Counted from the stretch's first letter, positions 1 to 10,227 are shown. The stretch is 64,000 nt of DNA from Nitrospinaceae bacterium (GCA_965223665.1 OZ245011.1:3680001-3744000); one strand, 5' to 3'. The notes: generated by a model from the sequence alone, not told the origin. Made by a program: numbers and translations.

Positions 1-1886
1 GTTAACCAACCCTCAATAGAGGAGGTTATTCCACGAAATGTTTTTTGGAATAAGGTCTTGCCTATTAATCCTAAACTAAAAAAGAACCCCATCACATCAA
101 TCACCATCATCGACCCGATAGGATGATGTTTTAAATCGTGAAAAATATGGTGTCCCAGTTGGGTCCAGCGAGTACCAGATGAATATTTTTCTAACGCCGT
201 TCTTTCTCCCAGCCGAGGTGATTCAGTCACCGCATGATTGGGTGTCAATAAAACCGGACATAAAGCGTCTCGAAGATTTCCATCAAAAGCTTGATGGCTA
301 ATGGGAATTCCAAAAAATCCAGCAAACCCGAAGGTTTCATAAGGGCCTTGGGCTTCAAGATGACGACGAAACGATTCAGAACGTACATCAATACAAAAAA
401 CCAGTTGAGCATGGGGGCGGATTTCCAATTCAGGTATCGTCCCGTGATGCGCAAAAATATTTTTTAGAATTTTCTGTCGAAAGGAATCTTCATATGCTTC
501 AATCCATACCTTTCCATGCTGATCAGCAGGAAAGTGATCTAACCATTCTAATAACTTATGGGCATCAGTGATTGAGAGGGCTCCAACTTCTTTTGGAGAT
601 AACTCAAGAAACTGTGCCAAATGAAATAATCGCCAAGCATGTCGACATTTCACCTTTTTGGTAGGATCTACGGACTGGGTTCCCTGCCCAATGCGTTGGT
701 GGTATTCTTCGGATCGATTATTCCAATATGCGGTTAGTGCAGAAACAGTTCCGTCAATTCCCCATTCTTGTTTGCATTTGAGGTTGGTTAACTCTACTTC
801 ATAGAATAAGCGCACTGCAAGATATTGTGTGGTGTCAATTGGGTGTTTTTGCTGTGCATGGTACATAGGGTGTTCCCCTAACCACCTTATGTATCTTGTC
901 CAGCCGGGTAATAGCGAAAGTTGTCTTGAGAGATAGTCTTTCCATTGTTTCTTAGGAATTTCGAGTTGGTGTAAACTGGAATCAATTGCTTCCTCAGGAA
1001 CGGTAGAGAGACTTCCAACTTTTTGAGAAAAATCTTTTATTCCCAGAAGCTGACCAGAAAAATCTTTCTGTGCGAGGTTTTTCCATACTTGATAGAAACC
1101 TTCTTCCCGGCCAGGCATTTTCCAGCCAGCCAACCCTTCATCAACAAACGCCGTCACCCATTTTATAAGTATATTGTTGATTTGTTCAACCACTTCACCA
1201 TCAGTCAAGTCATCAATCCAATCACTGAGGGTTCTAAGTGACGGTAAGGAAATTGGTAAAGGCGTTTGCGAATCTGAATCTTGATGTGTATGAGATAATC
1301 CATTTGAATCCGTCAAACCTAAGGCGACACATACGCCTTCCCATAAACTTGACAGGTAAGTCTCTTCTGGATATTCCAGATGCTGTTCACATTCCTGGAT
1401 GGTTTTTTCAATAATTGACTTTCGGGAATCTTCAGAAAGATCCCGGCGAAACTGTTTAGTAGCACCTCCACCATTAAATTCCCAATCGAGTAGGGAAAAT
1501 GGCAATTCCTCTATGCCAAAAAGAAGGTGGATCTGCCAAACATCCTTAGCTGAAATTTTTCGGTCTCCAACCTCAATAAAAACTGTTTCATCAAAGTGAG
1601 GTCCCACTCGGGAAAAAGCACGCTCAAAATTTTCCTGGGTAATACGTCCATTTCTGTAAAATTCACGGTACTCATCATTTGTGAGATATCCATTTCCTCC
1701 AAGGAGGGTCTTGCCTTTTCGAACAGCTTGATCAAAAGATAAATATTCCAATCCATGGATCGGATTCTGAGCGACCATTGTCCTCATTGGCCAAAATGGC
1801 GCAATTGGCTCACTGGCGTCCAATATTAATTGCCGAACTTGATCAAGATCTTCTGGAGAAAGGGACTTCACAAAATTAGTACTCAT
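1..1886 (-). CDS. dabA: DabA / DUF2309 inorganic carbon transporter subunit (5' part; continues beyond the left edge)
   Basis: Manual translation from ATG at 1886: MSTNFVKS...EPIAPFWPMRTMVAQNPIHGLE, later AQLVFCIDVRSESFRRHLE...ETFGFAGFFG, which are hallmark DUF2309 motifs. Same frame confirmed at 1886, 1160, 410 and 59. Absent from the ORF track because no stop falls in the window. Confidence 0.92.
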   Translation of the reverse strand, partial: MSTNFVKSLSPEDLDQVRQLILDASEPIAPFWPMRTMVAQNPIHGLEYLSFDQAVRKGKTLLGGNGYLTNDEYREFYRNGRITQENFERAFSRVGPHFDETVFIEVGDRKISAKDVWQIHLLFGIEELPFSLLDWEFNGGGATKQFRRDLSEDSRKSIIEKTIQECEQHLEYPEETYLSSLWEGVCVALGLTDSNGLSHTHQDSDSQTPLPISLPSLRTLSDWIDDLTDGEVVEQINNILIKWVTAFVDEGLAGWKMPGREEGFYQVWKNLAQKDFSGQLLGIKDFSQKVGSLSTVPEEAIDSSLHQLEIPKKQWKDYLSRQLSLLPGWTRYIRWLGEHPMYHAQQKHPIDTTQYLAVRLFYEVELTNLKCKQEWGIDGTVSALTAYWNNRSEEYHQRIGQGTQSVDPTKKVKCRHAWRLFHLAQFLELSPKEVGALSITDAHKLLEWLDHFPADQHGKVWIEAYEDSFRQKILKNIFAHHGTIPELEIRPHAQLVFCIDVRSESFRRHLEAQGPYETFGFAGFFGIPISHQAFDGNLRDALCPVLLTPNHAVTESPRLGERTALEKYSSGTRWTQLGHHIFHDLKHHPIGSMMVIDVMGFFFSLGLIGKTLFQKTFRGITSSIEGWL

Positions 1887-1912
1887 ATTTAGAGCGACAG
1901 TTGTCTATCTCA

Positions 1913-1976
1913 GAAACAAAAAAAACCAACCGTCCCTCTATATCTACAATGAAATAGTTAGTAATACGGTTGGCTT
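1913..1976 (-). terminator. Hairpin plus U-tract in the dabA leader (possible attenuator)
   Basis: Minus strand reads AAGCCAACCGT...ACGGTTGGTTTTTTTT. Perfect core CCAACCGT (1926-1933) / ACGGTTGG (1966-1973) with a large loop, about 30 nt before the dabA ATG. Confidence 0.35.
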
Positions 1977-2299
1977 GTGTTTTGGCTTATGCTGCAGTTA
2001 ACCTCGCAAACTAAACGAGTCGAACACCCTGTAGCCTAAACAAAAAACTGAACTCAAGCCTAGAGTGCCTATGTCTTTTTTTTTGATAACCAAAAGACAG
2101 TTTAAGTCTAGTCTTGATATGAAAAAAAAACAATAGTTTTTACAATTTTTTATTACCGCGTTTTTAAGATCAAATTTTTTCTTTGAAGAATTCATAAACA
2201 TATATTAATGGTCTCATATCCCCCTCACAAATAATTGAATAGCTTATAGAAGTAAATTTTTTCAGGTAGAGTTTAAGGAAGAAACTGAAACTTAACTTG

Positions 2300-2308
2300 T
2301 GATATAAC
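2300..2308 (+). promoter_or_regulatory. Possible extended -10 promoter for the carbonic anhydrase gene
   Basis: TGATATAAC versus consensus TGnTATAAT, about 120 nt upstream of the ATG. Confidence 0.3.
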
Positions 2309-2424
2309 TTAAGGGAGCAAGCCGCTTTGAAAGACCGAATGAGCTGTTTCCTTCAGTGGATGCTTTAAAATGAAAAATCTGGCTACAGTCACACTGCCGG
2401 GAAATTTAATGAGGAGAGAAACTT

Positions 2425-3009
2425 ATGAATCCGGGCGAAGTGCTTGACATCTTGGTAGCGGGAAACGAGCGATACCTGAATGGTAATACCCACAAACACG
2501 ATTTTCATGCAGAACGGGCTGAACTTGCACAGAGCCAACATCCTATTGCAGCAGTGCTTAGTTGCGCGGATTCTCGAGTTGTTCCACAATTCGCGTTTGA
2601 CCAGGGTTCTGGCAAATTGTTTGTTGTACGCGTGGCGGGCAACATTGCCACCACTTATGGGATCGCATCACTTGAATATGCTGTTGAATACCTCAAAACC
2701 CCTTTGATCTATGTCTTAGGACACACATCTTGCGGAGCGGTAGATGCAGCGGTTAAAGTGGTAAAGGATGGCGCAGAGTTTCCCGGGGAGCTTCCGGAGT
2801 TAGTTTCCTCTATTGCCCGTGCGGTGGATATCACTGGGTCAAATACGGAGGAAATTTTAGGAAAAGCCGTGCAAGAGAATGTTCGATTAACCGTTTCTAA
2901 ACTAGCGGACTCGAGTCAAATTATTCGGTCGCGTATGCAATCGGGAAACCTTCGTATTGTTGGTGGAATTTACGAACTCGCAAGTGGCAAAGTTTCCCTT
3001 GTGGAATGA
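2425..3009 (+). CDS. Beta-class carbonic anhydrase
   Basis: Zn-ligand motifs SCADSRV and GHTSCGAV; VRVAGN; GAGGAG RBS upstream. Confidence 0.95.
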   Translation: MNPGEVLDILVAGNERYLNGNTHKHDFHAERAELAQSQHPIAAVLSCADSRVVPQFAFDQGSGKLFVVRVAGNIATTYGIASLEYAVEYLKTPLIYVLGHTSCGAVDAAVKVVKDGAEFPGELPELVSSIARAVDITGSNTEEILGKAVQENVRLTVSKLADSSQIIRSRMQSGNLRIVGGIYELASGKVSLVE

Positions 3010-3221
3010 GTGAGCAGATATCAAAATATAGATAGAGATTTCATCCGATATATCGACAGTTTGCTCACCAGCCAAAACATATTGTCAAAGTAAGGTAAGA
3101 AAAGATCCTAATCATTATGACCAGCCTTTCAAGAACCTGGTCCTGAGTTTTTTAATTCCCGGGTGCTTAAAAAAATAATCAATTAGATATAGGTTCTTTT
3201 TTTCAATTTACCAGGTTTGAA

Positions 3222-4514
3222 ATGGCAACATTTTATTTCAGTTGGGTCTCAAAAGAAACCGAACTCGTAGTCGAAAGACTAACTTCTACGTGTGAATCCT
3301 TCTTTGAAGGAAAAACCGTATTAGGTAAAGTAGGGGACCGATTTATTCCTGAAAAGATTAAAGGAAACTTAAATGATTGTGATGTTTTTTGTGTTGTATT
3401 TGAGGGAAATTCGTTTTCCGCAGAACAATCGGAATCACATATCCAGGATCAGTTATTAAATGAGCGTCTTCGATTTGAAATTATAACGGCAATGAATTTA
3501 GATGTAATTATTGTTTCGCTTTTGGTTGGCGAAGTGGTTCTTCCAGATAAAGAGAATATGCCGGGTGCCTGGAAGCGTTTATTAGAATGCAAATCATATC
3601 GACTGAGAAGTTCTTTCTGGTCTGAAGATTTGCATCGGTTTTTTGAGGATATTGAGGAAGAACTAAATTTTAAAAAAGACGTTACAGGGAAACTATCCCA
3701 ATCCATTTTTGAAAACTATAAAGATTTGACAGATTCTAAAGGTGAAATACTTAAAGCGCCGGGTTTGGATTTTGGTTTTTCAGGAGCTCTGAAGCTACGT
3801 CAGGTAATCGAGTCAGAAACCTTTAACTTAGAAGAAGCCCGTCGCATAGGAGATCGAGACAGAGAAAAAAACGCGTTATCTGTATTGGGTTTGACTTTTG
3901 CCGAGTTGGGTCAAACGCAACGTGCGATTCAATACTTTAAAGAACAACTTGTCCTTGTGCGTGAAAATGAGAATGTAGAGGAAGAATGCGAACTACTTGC
4001 TAGTTTGGGTGATGCTTATGCGATTTCAGGAAATATAGAAATGGCAAAGGCATATTACCAGGAGCAATTGTTGCGAGCTGATCCTAAAGGCCTTCGAAAA
4101 TTTGTAGGGAGTGCTTATAATGGCCTTGGATTTGTCTATGTGAAACAAGAAAAAATTTCTCGTGCAATTGAATGTTATCTCAAAGCTTTGGAGATTTATA
4201 GAGAATTTGAAGACCATGAAAAAGAATTAGAACTACTGGTTGGCATCGGCTTGAATTATCAGAAATTGGGAGAATCTGACCGCACTACTGAGTACTTGGA
4301 GGCGGCTTTAAACGTCTCAAAATATTTAGAAAATAGAAAAGAAGAAGTGCATTTGTTAGTGGATCTAGGTGGTGCTTTCCTCAACCTAAAAAACTATGAG
4401 CGTGTTAAATTCTACCTTGATAGAGCCGATAAAATTTTAGTTTATTATCAGGAACCATGGGCATTGAATTTGAAAGATCGTATAATTAAATTACGTCTGT
4501 CAATGAACCAATAA
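3222..4514 (+). CDS. TIR-like (TIR_2) domain + TPR repeat protein
   Basis: N-terminus follows the TIR_2 pattern (FYFSW...CDVFCVVF...RLRFEIITAM...IIVSLLVGEVVLP). C-terminal half has about 5 TPR units (ALSVLGLTFAELGQTQRAIQYF, AYNGLGFVYVKQEKISRAIECYLKAL). Confidence 0.75.
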   Translation: MATFYFSWVSKETELVVERLTSTCESFFEGKTVLGKVGDRFIPEKIKGNLNDCDVFCVVFEGNSFSAEQSESHIQDQLLNERLRFEIITAMNLDVIIVSLLVGEVVLPDKENMPGAWKRLLECKSYRLRSSFWSEDLHRFFEDIEEELNFKKDVTGKLSQSIFENYKDLTDSKGEILKAPGLDFGFSGALKLRQVIESETFNLEEARRIGDRDREKNALSVLGLTFAELGQTQRAIQYFKEQLVLVRENENVEEECELLASLGDAYAISGNIEMAKAYYQEQLLRADPKGLRKFVGSAYNGLGFVYVKQEKISRAIECYLKALEIYREFEDHEKELELLVGIGLNYQKLGESDRTTEYLEAALNVSKYLENRKEEVHLLVDLGGAFLNLKNYERVKFYLDRADKILVYYQEPWALNLKDRIIKLRLSMNQ

Positions 4515-4644
4515 TATAAGAAATTTTTATATAAAAAAGAATTGGTGAATTCTCTAGTCTAATCATTTATGGATTTACTATTACAAAAGCATTGGACATT
4601 TAAAAATTAATGAAGATGAAATGGGGAGTCAGGTCTTAATGTGA

Positions 4645-5109
4645 TTAAAGATTGGGTTGGCCATTTTCCAATTCATCTTCTGTGGCGGGGCGGATGCTGA
4701 CAATATCAACTCCATAGTGAAGTGTTTTGCCGGCCATGGGATGATTTCCATCCATATAAACAGTATCGCCATCCACTGCAATGATCCGGAATCGTTGCTT
4801 CACTCCATTTTCATCACGCTCTAATACCCGGTTTTTTTCAATTTTAATTTCAGGTGGAAACTGCGACTTATTGGCTTTCAATTTTAAGGAAGGATCAACC
4901 TCGCCAAAACCTTCTTCCGGATAAACGGTAATGGTTTTTTTTTCTCCCAATTTCATACCCTTTAATCCTTTCTCCAGCCCTTGCACCAAATTTCCAGCTC
5001 CCTGCAAGTAAACAAGGGGTTGCCCAGGAGGAGAGGATTCCAATACATTCTCTTCCTCATCCTTCACGGTGAAATTGATCGACACCACGCATTCGCTTTC
5101 AATTTTCAT
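4645..5109 (-). CDS. slyD: FKBP-type peptidyl-prolyl isomerase, SlyD family (no His-rich tail)
   Basis: PLVYLQGAGNLVQGLEKGL, PEEGFG, DGNHPMAGKTLHY, IRPATEDEL. Confidence 0.9.
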   Translation of the reverse strand: MKIESECVVSINFTVKDEEENVLESSPPGQPLVYLQGAGNLVQGLEKGLKGMKLGEKKTITVYPEEGFGEVDPSLKLKANKSQFPPEIKIEKNRVLERDENGVKQRFRIIAVDGDTVYMDGNHPMAGKTLHYGVDIVSIRPATEDELENGQPNL

Positions 5110-5318
5110 GGCTTTTCCTAATGGTAAAAAACTAAAACGGTTTTTAAATTTGGAACCTTACAATATTTTTCGTTTGGTCAGCTATTATTGCCTGCCTCCT
5201 TTAACAGGTCAAGTCTTTCCCAATGAAAGATGGAAAGGGGGGTATTCATGTTTAATCTATAGTTGCTTCAGACTGGGAGTAAGGGAAAATATGACTCATT
5301 AGTCTCAGGGTATATGGT

Positions 5319-6290
5319 TCAGGATCGCTTTTGTAATGTAAGTCTGCCCTCACCCCAATACCAATAGCATAATGCAGGAAGGGCAATTATTATTTCGCGA
5401 GATCGTTTTGCAAGCACCAAAGACAAGGAAAGGCTGGTAGGAAGTCCCAGAAGTGTTCCTATCATCATCAAGCCTCCTTCCTGAACTCCATATCCACCAG
5501 GGACCAAAAAAGCAGCGGCCTTGATCGTTTGAGCTATTGTTTCGATCAAAATTGCTTCAATAATATTAACAGGGTGGCCCATCAAGTAGAGGATAAACCA
5601 TGTTTCCCCGGCCATTAATAAACGGGCGATCACCCTGAAAATTAAAGAAACGAATAAACTATTATGCTTTTTATAGATTTGACGAACGCTTGCATCAAAA
5701 TTTTCAGCGTTACCAGCGAGGGCAACAAACTTTTTACCGTTAGACAACCGTAGGGCAAACTTTGTCAGGCGTGACGCCAAACCTAATTTTTGAAGGCAAT
5801 AAAATAGATAAATCAAACCAAATAATAAAATTGAAAATATTATTAATGGTAAAGTCCATTCACTATCGTCAATGAAACTCACCCATATCCCGATCCCGAT
5901 TATGGAAACTATAAATTGAGCGAAGGCCTGCAGAGTTTTGTCCACGAGCGTAGAAGCACCTATTAATGCTCCCTGGCTTTCTCTTCGAGATAACCAAATG
6001 GCTTTTGAAAAATCTCCTCCAACTTGAGCTACAGGTAATAACCAATTAATGGCGGTTCCAATCCAAGTTGCCAAAAAAACATTTCTAAATCCGGGTTTAT
6101 GGTTTTTATGAAATAAAACATTCCAAGATTCACTTAATAGCAGTAAGGGAAAAATGAAGTAAGGAAGGAGCCAAAATAACCTCCATCCTGCTTGAGAAAA
6201 GGAAGTTCCAATAGAATCAATTCCCTGCCAGAGGACAAGCGATAATATTAAAAATATCCCTATAAACAACAATAACCAGGTTACCAGCAT
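5319..6290 (-). CDS. Lysylphosphatidylglycerol-synthase TM / flippase-like membrane protein (HpnL-like)
   Basis: Polytopic hydrophobic protein with NWLLPVAQVGGD, FLVPGGYGVQEGG and LAKRSRE motifs. Confidence 0.75.
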   Translation of the reverse strand: MLVTWLLLFIGIFLILSLVLWQGIDSIGTSFSQAGWRLFWLLPYFIFPLLLLSESWNVLFHKNHKPGFRNVFLATWIGTAINWLLPVAQVGGDFSKAIWLSRRESQGALIGASTLVDKTLQAFAQFIVSIIGIGIWVSFIDDSEWTLPLIIFSILLFGLIYLFYCLQKLGLASRLTKFALRLSNGKKFVALAGNAENFDASVRQIYKKHNSLFVSLIFRVIARLLMAGETWFILYLMGHPVNIIEAILIETIAQTIKAAAFLVPGGYGVQEGGLMMIGTLLGLPTSLSLSLVLAKRSREIIIALPALCYWYWGEGRLTLQKRS

Positions 6291-6626
6291 TGAGTAGCCT
6301 TAAAAAGGGAGATTTGTTTTAATTCAAAATGTGATGGAAAAAATATGGATTCTGACTTTAAATCAACAAAAGATAACAAGTTTAAAGCTTTGTTTTTTTG
6401 AGCCATTGGAGCATTAAGGGTTTGCGCCAAAAGGAGGATTGGTAATTTATTTTTTTTTGTAAGTTCGATAAAAAATCAAAGACAAAAAATTAATTAAAAT
6501 AACTATTTCAATTAATAAATTGAATAAGATATTATATGCAAAATTTACTCATAATATACATATTATTCACTCACAATATTCAAATGAGTGTTGTTGTTCG
6601 TCGCTAATGACGATTTGAAAAAGTTT

Positions 6627-7031
6627 ATGGAAAAAGCAATTAAATTAGATGCCGAAAGAAAGAAAAGACGTTCTAGTTTCAGAAATTTGGATATTGTGAC
6701 AAGAATTCTAGTTGGATGGGCGGGAATTCAGTTTGCCTGGCGGGAAGAACGTGGATTTCGCAATCAGGTCTATGGCTTTATGGCATTATTTTTTGTTTTA
6801 TTGATCGTCCAACCCCCTTTGATTTGGTGGGGGATAACTTTTCTAACAGCTTTAATTGTTCTTTCACTTGAAATTTTTAATACCGCATTAGAAACTCTAA
6901 TTGACAAACTGCATCCCGACTATCACCCAATAATAGGAAAGGTCAAGGATCTTTCATGCGGCGCTGTTATTATTGCAAGCTTTGGGCTCTTCCTCATTGG
7001 CATTGCTATGATTGCCGATACTTTAACTTAA
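6627..7031 (+). CDS. dgkA: Prokaryotic diacylglycerol/undecaprenol kinase
   Basis: GIQFAWREERGFR, LEIFNTALETLID, KVKDLSCGAV. ATG at 6627 preferred over GTG at 6588. Confidence 0.88.
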   Translation: MEKAIKLDAERKKRRSSFRNLDIVTRILVGWAGIQFAWREERGFRNQVYGFMALFFVLLIVQPPLIWWGITFLTALIVLSLEIFNTALETLIDKLHPDYHPIIGKVKDLSCGAVIIASFGLFLIGIAMIADTLT

Positions 7032-7107
7032 TAAACCAAGTTATATTTTTCTATAATCCTTACCAACTATTTTGATCAGAAAATTCGACAAGAATTCTTG
7101 AGATAGA

Positions 7108-7884
7108 TCACTTTAGTCTTTCCACAAACAGGTCAACATTGATGGTAATGTCATCTGAACCTACTTTATCAAAGGGGTTTTCCAGATGGGATTGAATATT
7201 ATCCAGACCGACAAGAATCAACGAAAATAATACTGGCATTATATAGACCAACCCTGATGCTGAAAAATCTTTTGCAATATGGGCAAAATAGGGACCATAA
7301 AGTGGAGGCAATAGCGCGATAAACACGTCACTGAACAAACGTAATGTTTTTGGGGTTCTGTATTGATAGATATGTTTTATCCGTTCAAATGAAATAAACA
7401 TTTTACTTAAATATTGATTACACCTTGAAACTTCACCGGTAGCTAATCCATTTTTTCGAAGATCACTTTTTATGAATTTGGAAAGATTTGAAAAATTATC
7501 ATAGACTGCGTCCTCCCGTTTACGAAAGGTCGACACATCGCCAGAAAAAAGAACGTCTGAGGAGGAAAATAAAGCACCCAACAGTTCACGACCTTTACTC
7601 AAAGTTTTTTCACCCGGTCCTTCAAGCCAGTCTCTGGTTGCTAAATAGATAGCCTTGCCATTTCCCTTCATGGATGCATATTCACCTAATGCAGATTCTC
7701 GTCTTTTATAAGCTCCGGCAATAGAAAATACGATGGGAAATATTACAGCGGTGGAAACCAGTGTTAAAGGAAAGTCGGCAGTTAAATTATTTTCTATGCA
7801 CAAGTATGTAGATAAAATAGCCAAAAAAGTAATTACAAATGTCTTCCTATTTATGATTAAAATCATGCTCTTAACACTTTCCAT
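7108..7884 (-). CDS. Bestrophin-like anion channel family membrane protein
   Basis: Four TM segments, AYKRRESAL, ERIK...RTP, DNIQSHLENPFD. Confidence 0.65.
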   Translation of the reverse strand: MESVKSMILIINRKTFVITFLAILSTYLCIENNLTADFPLTLVSTAVIFPIVFSIAGAYKRRESALGEYASMKGNGKAIYLATRDWLEGPGEKTLSKGRELLGALFSSSDVLFSGDVSTFRKREDAVYDNFSNLSKFIKSDLRKNGLATGEVSRCNQYLSKMFISFERIKHIYQYRTPKTLRLFSDVFIALLPPLYGPYFAHIAKDFSASGLVYIMPVLFSLILVGLDNIQSHLENPFDKVGSDDITINVDLFVERLK

Positions 7885-8254
7885 GAAATTTCCCTTTTTA
7901 AAAATTATCTTGTAGACTTTTTTATTACTTCACAAACTAAAACCCAGAACTTGCGCTCTATTTATAGAGTGATTTTTGAATGTTTTTTTATATAAATAGG
8001 TTAAAGCCCAAGTTTCCTGCTGACAATAAATTTCGCAGATAATTAAATTATGGATTTTTAAAAACCAAACTACCTTTTAGGTCGTCCCAAATAGAAAGTG
8101 ACGAATATAATCGGTAAAAGAAGGGTTCCTTTTGCTTCAATTAAGGTTAAGCAGGTTCTGTTAACCTCATTTCAGTCGTTATGATAAACTTCGTAATAAA
8201 GTTGTCTGTAATGGGAAATGAAAGCTCACGAAAAGTTTCAGTGAAACGGTTACG

Positions 8255-9565
8255 ATGAAAGATACCCGAAAGCAGAGATGGATTCTCATTTTGATAATGA
8301 CTGCCGTGGGTCTTACCATGACTCTAACTTCCATTTTTATTCTTTATCAAACAGCTTTTGAACAGGAACGATCTCGCTTGGTAGAAGTCGCACAAAGCCA
8401 GGCTCGGTTGATGGAAGCGGTGGCGCGATTCGACATGGAATATAGCCAAAATTTTCCAGGAGGAACGGAAGCGGCCACTCTAAGTCAGTTCATTGATGCT
8501 CACAAAAGATTTGAAGGGTTTGGTCATTCGGGTGAATTTCTTTTAGCTCGGAGAAAAGAAAATAATATTGAGTTCATTTTAAGCCATAAACACACGGACC
8601 TCATGGTTCCGAAATCTTTTCATTTTGATGCACCGTTTGGAATTCCAATTCAAAAAGCTCTAAATGGAGAGTCAGGGACTATGGTGAGCCTGGACTATAG
8701 AAATGTGGAAGTTCTTTCAGCCTATGAACCTATTAAAATATTAAATCTTGGCCTGGTTGCAAAAATTGACTTGAATGAAATTCGAACTCCTTTTTACCAA
8801 GCCGGTTTAATAGCCATTGGAATTGGTTTATTAATTATCTCAATTGGCGTTATTCTTTTTTTAAGAGTCAGCGATCCTCTAATCAGGGAAATTTCGAATT
8901 CTCGGGAGCAATTACGGAATTTTGCACAACGCCTTGAAAATGTCCGCGAAGAAGAAAAAGAACGAATTGCTCGGGCTGTCCATGATGATTTAGGGCAAGA
9001 ACTCACAGCTATTCAACTTGAATTGAATTATTTGGAAGAAGAAATCGAAACAAATGGACAGAATAAGTCACTTAAGGAGTCAGTCGGTTCCATGTATCAA
9101 ATGATTGATAATACAATTGGTTCTGTTCAACGAATTGCAACCGAACTTAGACCTCTGACTTTGGATATGTTTGGACTTGGTGAAGCAATTCTTTGGCAAA
9201 CGAAGGACTATCAAGCGCGTACCGATATTCAAATTAATACAAGCGAAGTGGATAACCAAATTGACCTGGACCGGGACCGATCTATCACCCTATTCAGAGT
9301 TTTTCAGGAGTTACTGACTAATATTTTTCGTCACGCTAAAGCGACACAAGTGAACATTCAGTTGTTCAAGGAAAACAATTTAGTCGTTCTAAAAGTTCAG
9401 GATAATGGAATAGGTATCCCTTTACAAAAAATCAAGAATCCCCAATCGTTGGGTTTGCTTGGAATCCGAGAACGACTACTGGCCTGGGGAGGGACTGTAG
9501 ACATAAAAAGTCAACAAGGAAAAGGAACATCCGTTGTTATAAACTTGCCCTTAGGAGAACAGTGA
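8255..9565 (+). CDS. Sensor histidine kinase (2 TM, periplasmic Cache-like domain, HisKA_3, HATPase)
   Basis: EEEKERIARAVHDDLGQ H-box, QELLTNIFRHA N-box, QDNGIG, GLLGIRER. Confidence 0.93.
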   Translation: MKDTRKQRWILILIMTAVGLTMTLTSIFILYQTAFEQERSRLVEVAQSQARLMEAVARFDMEYSQNFPGGTEAATLSQFIDAHKRFEGFGHSGEFLLARRKENNIEFILSHKHTDLMVPKSFHFDAPFGIPIQKALNGESGTMVSLDYRNVEVLSAYEPIKILNLGLVAKIDLNEIRTPFYQAGLIAIGIGLLIISIGVILFLRVSDPLIREISNSREQLRNFAQRLENVREEEKERIARAVHDDLGQELTAIQLELNYLEEEIETNGQNKSLKESVGSMYQMIDNTIGSVQRIATELRPLTLDMFGLGEAILWQTKDYQARTDIQINTSEVDNQIDLDRDRSITLFRVFQELLTNIFRHAKATQVNIQLFKENNLVVLKVQDNGIGIPLQKIKNPQSLGLLGIRERLLAWGGTVDIKSQQGKGTSVVINLPLGEQ

Positions 9566-10212
9566 TGTCAAACCTCTCCAAAATCAAAGTTCTCATTGCA
9601 GATGACCATGACATCGTTCGCCAGGGCATTGAAAAAATCCTTTCAAAATCGGATGATGTGGAAATTGTCGGAAAAGCTTCAAATGGGCAGGAAGTTTTAG
9701 ACCAGGTAAAAAAAATAAACATTGATGTTTTGCTGATGGATATTGAAATGCCTGGCAAAACTGGATGGGAGGTGCTCTCTGAATTGAAGATTTTGAAACC
9801 AGGTTTACCTGTCCTGGTTTTAAGTATTTATCCTGAAGAACATTATGGACCAAGATTTATCAAGGCTGGCGCAGCTGGTTATCTCAATAAATCCAGTAAA
9901 CCTGCAGTCCTTCTAGAAGCCATTCGAAAAGTGCACCGAGGTGGGCGTTTTGTCAGCGACAATCTTGCCGAAATGTTGATTCAAGATATGGGTCGAGTTA
10001 CAAAAGATAAACCGCACGATTTGCTTTCCCCTAGAGAATTTCAGGTTTTTTGCCAGATCGCCACAGGTGCCAAATTAAAGCAAATTGCGGATGGCCTTTC
10101 CTTGAGTATTAGCACAGTGAGTACCCACCGCACACGTATCTTGGAGAAGTTGAACCTGAAAACTAACGCTGAACTTATCCGTTATGCCGTCAAACACGGA
10201 TTAATTTCCTGA
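9562..10212 (+). CDS. NarL/UvrY-family response regulator (REC + LuxR HTH)
   Basis: IADDH, MDIEMPG, LSPREFQV...STVSTHRTRILEKL; overlaps the kinase stop codon. Confidence 0.95.
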   Translation: MMSNLSKIKVLIADDHDIVRQGIEKILSKSDDVEIVGKASNGQEVLDQVKKINIDVLLMDIEMPGKTGWEVLSELKILKPGLPVLVLSIYPEEHYGPRFIKAGAAGYLNKSSKPAVLLEAIRKVHRGGRFVSDNLAEMLIQDMGRVTKDKPHDLLSPREFQVFCQIATGAKLKQIADGLSLSISTVSTHRTRILEKLNLKTNAELIRYAVKHGLIS

Positions 10213-10227
10213 CTCCTTTTTCTCCTC

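Noticed and set aside
245-1756. Short ORFs 245-454, 1023-1241, 1399-1599 and 1511-1756, suggesting a fragmented pseudogene
   Set aside because: They are alternative-frame or antisense shadows of the continuous dabA frame starting at 1886.
2311-2401. Known riboswitch in the CA leader (yybP-ykoY, c-di-GMP-I, guanidine, fluoride, ZTP considered)
   Set aside because: The conserved cores of these families are not recognisable; kept only as an unassigned structured leader.
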